Positions 24,961-38,242 of a stretch of 64,000 nucleotides of DNA are shown piece after piece. Source of the stretch: Lama guanicoe (Eukaryota). The notes under the pieces are model-generated. The model was not told the DNA's origin and ran no database searches. It worked only from the letters and a program-made list of their open reading frames with translations. The first letter of the stretch is position 1, and each line of letters begins with the position of its first letter. The DNA lies in NCBI GenBank assembly GCA_013239625.1, contig MU054187.1, positions 8,823,231-8,887,230 of the forward strand. The letters run 5' to 3'. Position numbers and translations under genes: made by a program.

Positions 24961-26888
24961 ACACACACCATCGGCCTGCTCCTAACCTCAGCAGTGCTGT
25001 GTTGGCCCCTGGCGTGATAAGCAAAGCAAGTGCTCTTGCTTCAGGACATACTGGTGAGCGACCATCACCCCGCACTGGTTACCGCGCCTGTACCACGCCT
25101 GTTAGAAGCTTTGTTGTGTTGCTGGCCTTTCAAATGGTCAATCTTAATTCTAGTTTTGCATCTTCCTTACAGTGTGTGCAAGAAGAGCCCTCACCTTTGG
25201 TCCCCTGTGTCTCTCTGCCACACCACCCACCCTCTTCCATCAGCCTGGTGGTACGAACCTTCCGTGTTTGGCCTTATATTCCAAAGACGTCACTCTTCAG
25301 AGTTGTCATCCTTTTATTACTGTTATTCAGTATCATGGCCCTGACCTGAATCCAGCACTTTTCATAAACCAGTATGAACAGATCTGGGACTACTTCCCAG
25401 CCCTGCCTCCAGAGACCGAGTTAATAAAAGCTCACCCTGTGAATACTAGCTTCCCCAGGATCTGAGGTTGTATCTTTTGTCTTGTAGGGATTCAGTGACA
25501 GAAGCCACAATGTCAACCAGAGATGCACCATGTCTGGTCCCTTTCTGCCACCTCCCTGCACCCATCTTTGGACCAGCAGGCTCACGCTTGACAATCTCTC
25601 CTGCTTCTCCTGCCACCTCCCTTTCCTCCTATGTCCATAGGCTTCAGATTCCAAGAGTTACTCCCTTTTCCTCTCTGAATTTCTGGACCAGAGAATGCTG
25701 GCTGTCCATCAGAGTTCCATTTTGTGCTCATCGGACCAAAGAAAGCAGACGAATTCTTACCAGAGTCATTGTGAGTTAACGGAATATAAAACATTCCGGC
25801 CGTGCAGTATGGTCTCCTCCGGTGTGAGTCTTGTGCCTCGGAACTCGGAGTTTGTTTCAAAGCATATGAGAACCCCCCGACTTAAACAGGCGCATTATGG
25901 AAGGGAAGGGGTGCCCTCCGGGGACCCCACAGGAGCACATTTCCAGCACACTTGCCCACAGTTTGGGTTCCTGCATTAATGTGCTTCACAAATCATCCCA
26001 CTGAACCTCAAGCTGGGAAATGAACGCTGGCAGAGTCCTGCTAAACTCGCTTAAACTGGCCCCTGCGGGAGCAGAACACCCCCAAACGCGTTTGTTTTTT
26101 ATCAGGGTAGTATTTCTAAAGATTGCCCTTAGTATGTGTAAAAAAATCTCCTAATAAACATATCTGATAAATCATGATGATGGCCTCCATATTTCTTTGT
26201 TTAATTCTCAGTTTTCTTCTAAGACCTTCTTCAAGTTTGGTTGTAATGGATCATTACGTCCATAATGTGCTCAATGTTGGAGTGAATTTTGAACAGTTTT
26301 TAGGCTGCATACTGTTTTCTTCCAGATAATTTACTGGATTAAAATTAGCAGTGTGAAAAGCTGTAGAGAAATCTAAATGCCTGCCAAATCAAAGAAATAA
26401 TCACATTTTTATGAATATTTAATATCATAGTCATGGCAAATAAGGCAAGTAATTAGTACTTACCATAAATTTGCAAAGTATTATTTTATGTAAATGTTAC
26501 ATTCTACTAGTTTGATATGAATTATTCATTGTAGAACCAGACACTGACACAAACCAGTAAACATTTAAATCTATGTGCTATTAGTTTACTTACCTTTGAT
26601 GATTTTGTGCAGAATATATACATATTTTTTTCCCATGAATCCATGTTTTCCCTCTTGCCCCAAAAGGGGACAAAGACAATGAGAAGCATGTTATTTAAAG
26701 CTATCTCTTGTGTATTCAATAGTAAAGAAACTTAAGATGCAAATGTGAAGGATGTGGTTCCCTCATGTGTGCAGATGAAGGGCCCCGAGCTCTGCCTCCC
26801 CACCTAGCATCTGGGTTTTTTTAATGAAGAGCGGTTATCAGTGAGGATATGAAAATGGAGTGGAGGAAAAGAATTGGTCGTTACAAAG

Positions 26889-27544
26889 TGTAGAGTGAGG
26901 AATTAACCCTATCAAAAGAGGGGTCTGGCCTTTGCCCTCAGCGGCCAGGAAGTGATCTCTCGGCTCCTGGAAAGTCGCACCAAACAGCAACGCCTTTGTT
27001 TGCCTGGGAGCTTCAGCCACCAGACAGTCTAACAATGTGATTTATGTTCAGCCACATGGTATCAGCTGCTCTTTGGACAGACTGGAGACTAAAGGTATCA
27101 ACCTGTCTCTGGAAGAGCTGGAGACTAAAGAACAGCCATATGGGCAATTTGTGATGGAGTCCCAGTAAAAAGTCTGAATTCCGAGGCTCAGGTGAGCTCC
27201 CCTAGCAGGAAATGTTCTGTGCGTGTCGCCACACATGGATGCCAGCCGGAGCAACGCCGTCCACGTCTCCATGGGGACAGGACCACTGGAAGCTGGGCAT
27301 TTGGACCCCTCGTGGACTCTGCCCTGTGCATGTCTTCCCTCGGCTGATTTTAATCTGCACTCTTCTGTTATAAAACATAAGTGTGAGTGTAACAGATTTC
27401 AGGGAGTTCTATGAGTCCTTCCAGCAAATTATTGACACTGAAGGTAGTTTGGGGAACCTCCCCAGACTTGCTCTTGGCATCAGAAGTGAGGACAGTGATG
27501 TGTGAACTAAGCCCCCTCTAACCTTGCAGTTGTTAAACTTTGCA
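26889..27544 (+). mobile_element. MER21-like ERVL solo LTR
   Basis: Starts tgtagagtgaggaattaacc. Contains ggtctggcctttgccctcagc, ctggagactaaagg and gagttctatgagtccttccagcaaattattg. Ends ...ttgca. Confidence 0.8.
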
Positions 27545-27819
27545 TAAACAGACAGCTCAAGGAGACACCAGATTCTGTACCTGAGAACTGAAATAGAACA
27601 GCATCTCCTTAGGAGAGGAAAGGATGGGTCTCTAAGCCCATCACCAGGCTGCTGTGACAGCTCTTCCATCTTACCAGGGTTTTCCTAAAAATCCCACCGC
27701 CTCTGCCCTGACGTTGAGAGGTCAGCTGAGCTCTGAACTGACCCCAGAGATGCAATACCACAGAAGACCAAGTCAGAGGAGTCTCCCAGAAGCAGCTCTC
27801 CAGAAAGTCATGGTGTTCC

Positions 27820-28090
27820 AAGAACCTTCCCCAGGCTCTGCACAGCTCACCTCCTGCCCTCCTTCACGTCCGCTCAAACACCGCCTTCCCTGCAAGGCTG
27901 CCTTAGTGTTCTTACTGGAAATTAAACATCTTCCCCTACCCCAGCTTCTCTATCTCCCTTCCTGTTTTATTTTTCTTCACAGACTATATATGCTACTAAT
28001 TTATTTTCTGTGTCTCCACCCATGAAAATGTAAGCTCCATTAAGGCAGAGATTTTGTCTGTCTCGTTTTGTTCACTGTATTGGCACAGTT
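27820..28090 (+). mobile_element. L2 3' end
   Basis: aatgtaagctccattaaggcagagattttgtctg...ttgttcactgtat. Confidence 0.8.
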
Positions 28091-29019
28091 TTCTAGAGAT
28101 CTTTTTTATTCACCCTGGTCATAAGATTTACAAGATATTGGGGGAAAAAAAGAAATTTAAAAGTTTCCATGTCAGGGCAGAACGGGGGTAAATCCCAACA
28201 CACCTGGAAAGCCTGTCTTAGTCTAATTTAAGATCAGTCTCATTTCAGGAAATTCCTAAGAAGTCAGAGCAGCTCTAGGGCAAAGGTGCTCGAAATGGCA
28301 GAAGGGAGGAGCGGAAGGGAAAGGCTGACAGTAAAACCGAGAAAGCATCGTAAATCCTGGGCGGGAGGCGGGGAAAGGCAGAGTAGTTTGCTTAGTTCTG
28401 TCTGGAAGCAACAGTCACAGGAATCAGCACCCCCACATCAGCTCCATAGTCACGTTGCCCAAACTCATCCACCCACGTGTCCTTGGGAAACATGTAACAA
28501 TCTCTTACCCAATCAGGTGTCTCACTGTGGTTCCTAAAACTCACACAGTCAACCAGCAAGATTCTTAATGGTTAAAAAATCACTGCAGAAGATACAACCT
28601 GAACTAAACACATGTCTTCCCTCATCCAGAAGGGGACACAGACCAAGTCAGAGCTAATCCACTCATGAGGCTATGAAGAAAAGGGGACGGCATTAGTGTG
28701 CACTGGGTATTGGTCCCCTTGAGTTTTCCATGTGGTCAGTTTCAGACCTGGCCTGTCCCTTTATTTAGGGAGCCAACAAAACATAGTTACAACATGGCCT
28801 ATCCTCATCTATAAATACAATACCGATCTGCGTGAAGAAGCCCTTAAGTTCCAAGAAAACAGCAATCAGACCAGTAAGGGAGTAGCGATGACAAATGGCC
28901 TTAACACTATTTATTGAAAGAAATGTACTAAATGGAAGTTTCTTGAAGGTTGATGAAAGTGGAAAAGAAAGTTTATGGAAGATCCTTCAGCACCATTCTT
29001 ATACAATTTGCTTCTCTGG

Positions 29020-29378
29020 CAGGGGTGGGGGGTGAAAATGGGGAGGTGATGGTCAAAATTTCAGTCATACAAGATTAAGTTCTAGAAATCTGATATTCAG
29101 CATGTAATGTATAGCAAACAATACTTCATTATATACTGAAAATTTGCTAAGAGAGCAGATCTTATGTTGAGTGTTCTTACTACCAAAAAACAATAAGGAT
29201 GATGATAGTACAGGGAGCTGGAGGGAACTTTGGGAGGTGATAAATGTATCTATGGCATTGATAGTGGTGATGGTTTCACAGATTTATGCTTCTCCCCAAA
29301 CTCATCAAGTTGTATATATATCAGATGCACAGCTTTTTACATGTCAATCATACTTCAATAAAGTGCTTTAAAAAAAAA
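29020..29378 (+). mobile_element. L1MB-type 3' UTR
   Basis: atttgctaagagagcagatcttatgttgagtgttctta...ctccccaaactcatcaagttgtata...aataaagtgc followed by an A-tail. Confidence 0.85.
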
Positions 29379-29394
29379 TGTGTCAAATTCTTGT

Positions 29395-30297
29395 GACCAC
29401 TATGGAAAACAGTACAGGGCTTCCTCAAACAGTTAAAAATAGGCCTATTATACGCTCCAGCAATGCCACTTCTGGGTATTTATCTGAAGAAATGAAAACA
29501 CTAATTCAAAGAACTATGTGCACCCCCATGTGCATTACAAAATTATTTACAATAGTCAAAACATGGAAACAAACTAAGTGTCCACTGAAGGATGAATAGA
29601 TGAAGAAAATACGGGGAGTGTGTGCGTGTATACATATATACAGTAAAACATTATTCAGCCATAAAAAAGAATGAAATCTTGCCATCTGTGGGAACATGGA
29701 TAGACCTTGAGGGCACTGTGCTAAATAAAGTAAGTCAGACAGAGAAAGACAAATATCATATGATCTCACTTATATGTGGAATTCAAAACAAAACCAAAAA
29801 AAAAAAAAAAAGGAGCTCATAGATACGAACAGATTGGTTGTTGCCAGAGGTGAAAGTGGAGTGTGACCAAAATCAGTGAATGTGGTCAAAAGATATTAAT
29901 TTCCAGTTATAAAATAAATAAGCCATGGGGATATAATGTACAGCTGGTGACCATATTTAATAATACTGTGTTGCAAAAGAATACGAAAACAAATATATGT
30001 ATGTATATGCATGACTGGGACGTTGTGTTGCATACCAGAAATTGACACATTGTAACTGACTGTACTTCAATTTTTTTAAAAATCTGCTTAATAATAATAA
30101 TACGGTGTTGCAATTCGAAAGTTGCTAAGAGAGTAGATCTTAAAAGTCCTCATTACATGAAAAAAAAGTGTTATAACTATACATGGTGATGACTGTTAAC
30201 AAGACTTACTGTGGGGATCATTTCACAATATACACAGATATTGAACTATTACATTGTACACAATATGTCAATTATACCTCAATTTAAAAAAAAAAAA
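29395..30297 (+). mobile_element. L1 (L1MA9-like) ORF2 C-terminus and 3' UTR
   Basis: ccactatggaaaacagt...ccagcaatgccacttctggg...aaagttgctaagagagtagatcttaaaag...tatacctcaat followed by poly(A). Confidence 0.9.
29977..30095 (+). mobile_element. Young camelid-type L1 3' tail nested in an older L1
   Basis: atgtatatgcatgactgggacgttgtg...ccagaaattgacacattgtaactgac. 18-bp TSD with 1 mismatch (29959-29976 and 30096-30113). Confidence 0.88.
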
Positions 30298-30524
30298 CTT
30301 GCTCCTTTGCCCTGGTACTCCCATGCTCACCAAAACAGACCATTTTAGCAGGCAAGATTATTTAAAATTAATAAATGAAATGAAATGGCTGAATTAAGTG
30401 AAGTCAAGGGATTGAGATAGTGTATAAAGTTCCAGAATGCCCTGTTTTATAGATTTCTTTTCAAAATTCCAATCACTCTTAATTCAATCTTTCTAAGAAA
30501 ATCAGATACGAAGTTAGACTTTCT

Positions 30525-30712
30525 GGTTAAAATCTAAGCTCCATCACCTAAAATACATATGATATTGAGTAAGCTGCTGAGACTTCATCAAATGAGAATA
30601 ACAACATCACTTCATATATGACTGTTGCGAGGGTCTGATGGCCAATCTGCATAAAGCACTTAACGTAACAGCTGGGACAGTATGAGTGGTCCATTAAGGA
30701 TTAGCTGTTCAA
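30525..30712 (+). mobile_element. MIR SINE
   Basis: catcaaatgagaataac...gcataaagcacttaac...agctgggacagt. Confidence 0.65.
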
Positions 30713-31483
30713 TTATAGGTTTTGTTGTTAATCTCACCTCTTCCATTTTGAATACTATTCCACTTTACTGCTAAAAAGGACTGTGCTAATGGAGAAAGGG
30801 GTCAGAACTGCTGGGTAATTCTTCTGCTTACATCTTGAAGCTGTATTCCTCACAACACTCTAACTAGAAACCAGCAACAGAACTTTTCAGCGCTGGGGGG
30901 ATTTTGTTTCCCTTGTGAGCTCTTCATTCAAATGCATATGAAATTAAAGAGGAAATAGGAGAGAAATTGTAAAGTTTAAGTTGTTCAACGGCGGATGCAC
31001 AGATATTCACATATCTATACGAACATAATGCCCGGACTTTTTAACTCAAACTTTGATTTAATGTAACAGATGTTAAATAAACTATTTTGACTTTAATTTC
31101 AGCAGAGGCCCTAAGACAAGAAATATCACCTTTCCAAGTGAGGTGCAAGGCCACCAGTCAGAACATGCATGGGACTTGCTTAAGGACTGGGATGTAACAC
31201 TTTGCTGACTACCATCCTCAGCCTAGAAGAGACCAGGGGCACTGAAAAAAGGGCTGGAGATTATGACAGAATGCTTTAGAGGGCTTCTGTGTGCTGTGAG
31301 TGGCAGCCCGCCCCAAGACTAAGGGACTTGGAAGTACAGTGAACGCCACTCCCTTCAAGACTAAGAACAAGACTTCAGCGGGATCCCTCTGAGAGCTTGC
31401 CATGCATCCCCGAGAGCTAGGGGACATCGCGGACTGGTGTCTGCCTCTGGATTCAAAGGGAGGAAGATGACAGCCAGCTACTG

Positions 31484-31491
31484 TGACGTCA
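31484..31491. promoter_or_regulatory. Full palindromic CRE motif TGACGTCA
   Basis: Exact motif in repeat-free sequence. Function untested. Confidence 0.3.
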
Positions 31492-31601
31492 AAGTAAAGA
31501 TGGCTCCCAGGGCCTGCACATGCTCCCAGGACAGAGGATTCCTGAGTGTCCCCCGATGTGGCCTCTCATATGAGAAGACCAGCATGGGAGTCACTTAGGA
31601 C

Positions 31602-31888
31602 CTACCCAGAGAGGTGAGGTGACCCCAACAGGCGTGAACTGCTGAATTCCCAGGCTGAGAACCGGATAAAAGTCGTTTCACAAATCTCCCAAGTCCGGGG
31701 AACATCCATTCCGATAGTGAGGCCTTCCTCCCTCTTTCTCGTCTTCCATGCCACCTTCGCCGCCGGCGCTGAGGAGGCACAGCTCTGCGTGGGGCAGGTC
31801 GGGACAGGCCAGCACCACCGCCCCAGCAGCACCCCGCACGCCTGCAGGCGGACTGTGAGCAGTGCACTCGGGCTGAAGGAAAAGCTTC
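31602..31888 (-). other. Candidate exon or CpG-rich element (unverified)
   Basis: gtgttttcatctaacag|GAAGC..., open for 94 codons in phase 1. All three frames are long because the region is GC-rich. Confidence 0.12.
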
Positions 31889-32691
31889 CTGTTAGATGAA
31901 AACACGTGTTTTATTTATCACCCTAGCTTGACAGATCAATGGCTAAACTGAAATGGATTTCTTACCAAAGATGCCCAGAGGGCCTTTTGTTTTCTGGAAG
32001 TAACCAGAAAATCCAGAGGCCCTAAGGACAGAAGGGGAACAAGCAGCTGGGAAGATAAATGAAGGTACCCTCGGAGCACATCTCATGAGCCTCACTTGCT
32101 CAACGTGATGACTAAGTTATTAAGCAGCATTCTCCCCAAGCTATGAAGTCAGTACTGCCGTGTGCTTTTTGCACCGGGTGAGGCAGAGCGACACCGGGGC
32201 TGGCACAGCCTGAGGGCTGCCGGGAACACGAGCACGCTTGGGAGCCCCCAGTTCTACCAGCCTCTCCCTCTGACACTTCCAGGCCACCCTGGGGGAAGAG
32301 AGAGGAGACCACAGTGAAGTCTCGACGCCCGCATCTCCCAGCAAGCCTCCTTTCCGGTCCACACCCAAGAGCCGAGAGCTGAACAGGGAAAGTGACGACA
32401 GAAATGACTATTGCCCATTTCAAATTCAGTGGCCTACCGATACTGAAAAATGCTCCCTAAGCAATTCCATCCAACAATTTTCCCTCCCATCACCAGTATT
32501 TTTCACAATCAATGAAAGGGCCCCTCTCTCAGAGACCCCCTGGCAGCTGTGACGGCCAGAGAAGCAGTCGCTCTGGGGACTCTCAGGGTCTCCCCACGCC
32601 CAGCCCAGTCCAGTCCAGCTCTTGTTTTTAGCAATGAGAGAGGGGATGGTGTCAAATTTAGAACTGACTCGAAAAAGTGTTATTTCTAAAC

Positions 32692-33080
32692 CTAGAATAA
32701 AACCCGAAACATTTGGAATTTGTGTTTCATTTGGCTCTGGAAAAGATGAGTTTGAAGCTGCTGTAGATTTTGTAATCTTTTCCCCTGGGGAGTCTTAGAG
32801 GCTGGGGAGGCAAACTTTCGTGTCGTTGGTAGAGCGGAGAGGCCATGAGGGTTTGAAATTCGTGCACTATAAAGGCTGCATTTTCTCTGCCCTGACTTGG
32901 TTTGTGATAACCATTTCAGGTTCTCCCATGTAAGCTGAAAAACTGCAAGGTGAGTTGGTTCATAGCCCTGGGAACAATTACCCTTCATAGCCAGTAATTC
33001 TTCCTGACGATGCTGAAACAAAAGGTTCCATTTTTTTGACGCTGTCGGGTTAGCAGCAGGAACGGTTCTGATTCTTTTAT
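32692..33080 (-). other. Candidate terminal coding exon within the 205-codon ORF (unverified)
   Basis: cattttcgggtag|ATAAAAGA..., phase 1, 128 codons KRIRTVPAANP...FQMFRVLF then TAG. Repeat-free. No recognised domain. Confidence 0.15.
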
Positions 33081-34190
33081 CTACCCGAAAATGACATACA
33101 CAGACACTCGAACACACCAAAAAAGAGTCCACACGTGGGAGAACGCATCTGACAAGCACCACGAGCCGGAGAGAGCTGGAAAGGGGAGCTGTGTGCTCCG
33201 TGGGACTCTTCTTGGCTTCAAGGGTTTGGTCTGTGCTCGAAGGCCACATGCCGTAAATGAGGAAGTCCGCTGCGGAGTTGACAGGTAAGATACAGTAAGT
33301 GCCGATCAAAAGTCAACTCACAAAACCAAGCTTTTGACAACACACTGTGATGCTCAGTGGGAACCGTAAAATCTGCCAGTTGGCCCAGCAACAAGGAGAA
33401 GGAGCGCATCCAGGAAGCTCAGCCTCCTCTCCCACAGCAAGGGGACAGCCCCTTTTGATTTCAGGTTGGCACGCAGAAAGGGTGAGAGAGGCAGACAATG
33501 ACTGCTTGTGATCAAAAGATTGTGCAGAAGAAAATGAAACAGTGGAAGTCACTCAGTGCATCAGGTTCCTTCTGGAACCTCATCAATACACAGTAAATGG
33601 AAAAGACAAGATCCAGGACCAGAGACCATTAGAGCAGGAGACAGGAGTCTACCCACTCAGACAAAAAGATGGGGTTCGTGTAAATGTTTGCCTTTCATTT
33701 ATTTTGAGCAAACACTTCCTTCCATGAAGCAGACTCATTCTGATCAGCAACTTCCACCTGGTGTTCTTCAAACCAGATGGAAGTGTAAATTATTTAAATA
33801 CATGATCTTCCATTAGCTGTTGAGCTTAAGTGCCTCAAAAAAAAATTTTTTTAAGTGCTTTCCAGGATTCTAGAGAGCATTTGCTCTCAGATAGATAAAC
33901 ATATTTTCAAGACACAGCTCCAATGACAGCAGTTTTTAGATTTTAAAGTACAGTCAGCATTAGCATCTATAAGTAATTATGACTTCTGCAAAAGACTGTT
34001 TACACTGAAAAAGTGAAATCAGAGCTAATGAGCTAATTAAGGGTTTTTTCCCCTCCATCTGATGCTGTTCTATGAAATCCAAACACGTTCATCACGGCGT
34101 GGAGGAGCTAATCAGGACCCATCTTAAATTGTTCCTTCCATTCAAGGTTCAGAGATGTTTTTTTTTTTCCCTAAATTTTTTTTCAAGTAA

Positions 34191-34210
34191 AAAATCTGAC
34201 GTCAGGTTTT
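34191..34210. promoter_or_regulatory. CRE inside a 20-bp near-palindrome AAAATCTGACGTCAGGTTTT
   Basis: TGACGTCA at 34197-34204. The flanks are symmetric except for one pair. Confidence 0.3.
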
Positions 34211-34449
34211 GAGTTTAATCAGTCTCCTGAGTGGGAATGTTAGCAATCATGATCAGACAATAACCACCATGCTTATGTTTACAGGCTGTGTGTGACGGAA
34301 AAATTCGTAAGAGTGAAGACATTGTAGTTCACTTCCAAAACTGTAACTACTCACTTGATTATGGAATTATAAAGGAAATACATTACAGTTAAATATTCAA
34401 AGTTCATAAAATTTCAGAAATTGAAGAGATCGTAGAGATCACTTATCTT

Positions 34450-34570
34450 GATAAAATACAGATTCTGATCCTGGGATTCCGGGGTGGGTTCTGAGAGTCT
34501 TTGTGTCTAACAAGCTCTCAGATGCTGTTGATGGAGGGGTCTCTGTGGACCATCCTTCAAATAACCAAGT
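34450..34570 (+). mobile_element. MER5A-like hAT MITE fragment
   Basis: aaaatacagattctg...ggggtggg...tctaacaagctctcagatg...tggacca. Confidence 0.6.
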
Positions 34571-35959
34571 CCTAATTGTTAGCTATGCCCTGTCAGCCCT
34601 TCTGGAGATGCCACAGCTTGGGAGGGAAAATCTGGAAAAGGCACTGAATTCCACAAGATAAGCAAAGATCAGTTTTCTTTGCCCTGAGTATAGCATTAGT
34701 AAGTTTTACAACCAGCAGTCACCCAGATATCAAAATAAGGTTACACCATTGTGTGGTGTAGCAGATTTTTACACTTATTTTCATGCAAGGAACCCATTCA
34801 TTCCAAGACATTTTACTCAAAGTCTACTCTATAAAGAACATAAAAGTAGAATTGCTTAAGAGTGTGTGTGTCTCTGTGTGTGTGGTGTGTGGAGTCTCAC
34901 TGATTTGACTTCTCCCACCTTAACTCTGACTCTCCCAACCACCGCCCAATGTCCAGAGGTTGCACGTCCTCAACCTTAGCAAAATGGGTCTGAAAACATC
35001 CATGACCTCGGGCCAGTATCTCCACATTTCTGGACCATGCTTTTCTTGTTTGCATTATGAAAGTCTTGGTCCCTATCTCCTCAAAAGAGTGAGCCCAACC
35101 TAATGTGTCTACTTTGCCCCCTTGACTCAAGAGCACATGACCATGTGTCTGTATTCAAGTCAGTTCAAGCTTTACCTCCCTCTTTCTCACATGACCTTGA
35201 TTTTTCTTATCTGTCCTTCGACAGTGAATATTTGAAATCCCTCTTTTACTCTGTCAATATTGTCCTTTATCCCACAACTTCCTTTCCATGGTTTTTATTC
35301 CCTATTCGACTCCTCCACCTTCTCTTTGCTCCTCCCCGTCTACATGGAAACCATGCTCTTGGAGCGTCAATCATCTCCTTTCCCATCGGTCACCATCCTC
35401 CTCGGTCACAGAATCAGACCATCTCAGAGTGAACAGGGGCCATGGAGGTTTCCCACTCCATCACCCCATCTGAGGTTTCTGTTTTAAGTAAAATGCACTT
35501 ACCAGACCTAGCTCTTCAGAATCCCTACCTTGTTTCTTTCAAGTTAATCCCTGCTATCAATGGGACTAATTCTAAAACATTTTCTTTACCTTGTTAAGGT
35601 TGGAAAGGCTTCTAAGTAACACCCTTCTTTTCCCCAACCAAGTTCAGCATTGACACACAAAGCCAGGAAGATGAAAATAAAATATCACCTTGATTCCTGA
35701 TAAAGCTGTTGGATAATCTGTCTCGGCCGGGGGAGGGTGGGTAGATGGGCTTGTTAACGATGCACAACAGAATTAAAATGACACCCCGTGTCAAAGGAAG
35801 TAGTGCAGTGCTGCGATCATAGGCCTTCCTGCCCCATCCCCAGACACCGGGCAGATCAGTTTTGATAAGTTTACAACAAACCCAAGAACAGCCAAGTACA
35901 CACGTTCTCTGTGGGTCAGGAGCTTGGGGCTCAGGGTGAGGTCCACACAGGGAGAGTGT

Positions 35960-37545
35960 ATTCTTCCGTCAGAGGATACTAGTGTTCTGATGCTTTTCTT
36001 CTCTGTCAGCAGTCATCTGTGATCACTGCCTAGATCCATTATTTCATTAGTTCCAAATTACAATTTTCTAATTTTTAAATTCTTCATTCATTTTTCTTTT
36101 ATTAGCTTGAATAGTTCAGTAAACGTCCTCCTCTCAATCATTTGATTACTTGATTCAAATCAATTATTTGATTACTCTGAAGTCTGATTTATATAAGAAA
36201 GACAGGATAAACGCTTGATTTTCCAAATAATGAGTTGGTTCCCTAGCATTCTCCACAGGTGATCACTGAGGGTATTTTTGCTTTTGACTCTATTAAATCA
36301 CATTTGGAATGTTTCAGTCCATTAGAGTTATCTTTATCGATGATTAAATGGTCCTATTTTTTGCCATTGGGGGCTTTTTTAGGTTGACCCTTGAGTCCTT
36401 TGGACACATCCCCAGTCGTCTTTGAGATCTGATGCGATGTTACAGGTTCATTGTGAACACTTCCTGCCCTAGATCTGCCATTTTTCTGAGGAATCCTTTG
36501 GGAAGGAAATGGTACTGAAAGACCAGGGCCTTGGCACAAGTATGCTGATTACTGCTGGGTTGGCTTTTTTTCTAGGCCTTTTCAGTGAACAGAGACAGAA
36601 CCATGTTAGTAGTATTTTGTTGTTGTTTACGGTAAGATGTATATCATGAATTCAGATCTGTATTTCTGATTCAAATTCAGAACTACAGGGTTTTTAACGT
36701 AGCCTCATGTTACATCTTTCGCCTTTTTTCTCATCCCCAAATCCTATTTCCCAACAACACAGACATAACTACCCACTTTATCCACACAATACACATTCTA
36801 CAGCCTTAAAATAAAAGTGCCAACACTACCACCTACAATATGGTCACTGAAAATAGTTCAAGATTTTTTTTTAAGCTTAAACAAGATTTATTGTCTTAAG
36901 CTGACCGTTTGTTATACTTTGTATGACAGACCTACGTATCCTCACTCCACACCCTTAGATGAGTGGTACCATTATTACACACATTTTTCTCCATCTTACT
37001 ATTTTTACCTGAACTATATACGCTGAAAATTCTTTGTAACAGTATTTAAAGACATTCCTCAAGCCTTCTTACAGCTACACAGCACTCCAGTTGTGCACAC
37101 ACCTTCATTTATTCAACTAGTTCTTAACTGATCAAAATGTGGGATTTTTCTAAACTTTTGTTATTACCAACAGTGCTACTAATAGACTTCAGGATGATTT
37201 ATTTATATTTTTGCTGTAAACTTTTTGTCGTAGGTTCCTAGGAGTGGGATTGCTGGGTCAGAGAGCAAAGGTGTACACAATATTGCTGAATATAACCAAA
37301 TTCCCCTCCTAAAGGTTTTCCCGTATTACATTCACATCCAACATGCGTGAGGTTGCCAATTTCTCCAAGAACTCACCAACAAAATATGTTATAAAACTTC
37401 TGGATTCTTGCCAATTTGACAGGTGAGGAAGGATCTCTCTTATTATGAACAGGAACATCACGCTTCCACATGTATGCAAAATGGAATGTATGCATATACA
37501 CAGACTCCTTCTCCTCTGCCTTCCCTTTTTTGAATGTTCAATATT
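35960..37545 (-). mobile_element. L1MC-type 3' region, degenerate
   Basis: gcctagatccattatttcattag, aataatgagttggttccctagcattctcc, and ttcctaggagtgggattgctgggtca (reverse ORF2 end). Confidence 0.8.
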
Positions 37546-38242
37546 AAACACATTTTTAGATCAAAAATCACCTGTATGATACTATTTTTTAAATTATAAA
37601 ATATCATCCCATCTCATCAAAGCTATATTAAACCTAATTCAACAAACGGTAATTTAGAGCCTGCTAAGCACCAGGCACTGTACGAGGTTTGAGGGAGCAT
37701 ACAAGTAGGAGACAGACCAGGAACCTCTCCCTTAAAAACTTACCACCTAGAAAGAAATACAGAAAAGTACAGATGGGTATGTACGTCTCTGTATAACTAT
37801 ATAGGGTTATAATATAATCCTAATACAAGCATGCACACACACAAACACAGATACACATGATACAATACAGCATTATTAAAAGAATTTTTAAAAGACTCAT
37901 TGAAGGAACAATTGCTTCAGAGGATTATATCAAAATTTTATTTTTAAGACACAATTATTTGAGGTAATACACTACTCTGTAAGCATAAATATTTCTAGAA
38001 ATAGCAGAACACATGGCTATATGATTATTCACAGCTCAGTATAAACTAGCCCACCCAAGTATTTTCCCTTTTACTATCACCTGAGATCTGTTGCCTTTCT
38101 AGACAAGAAATCTCTCTGGAAATAAAAGGGTATGGTGTGAAATGAGAGCACTCGACAAGCAGAAAATAACAAGAGAATATGAGGTGAACTAGAAAGGCTA
38201 TTTAATATCATGGGATGTGCTGTTATGAACTGTGATGCCTAG

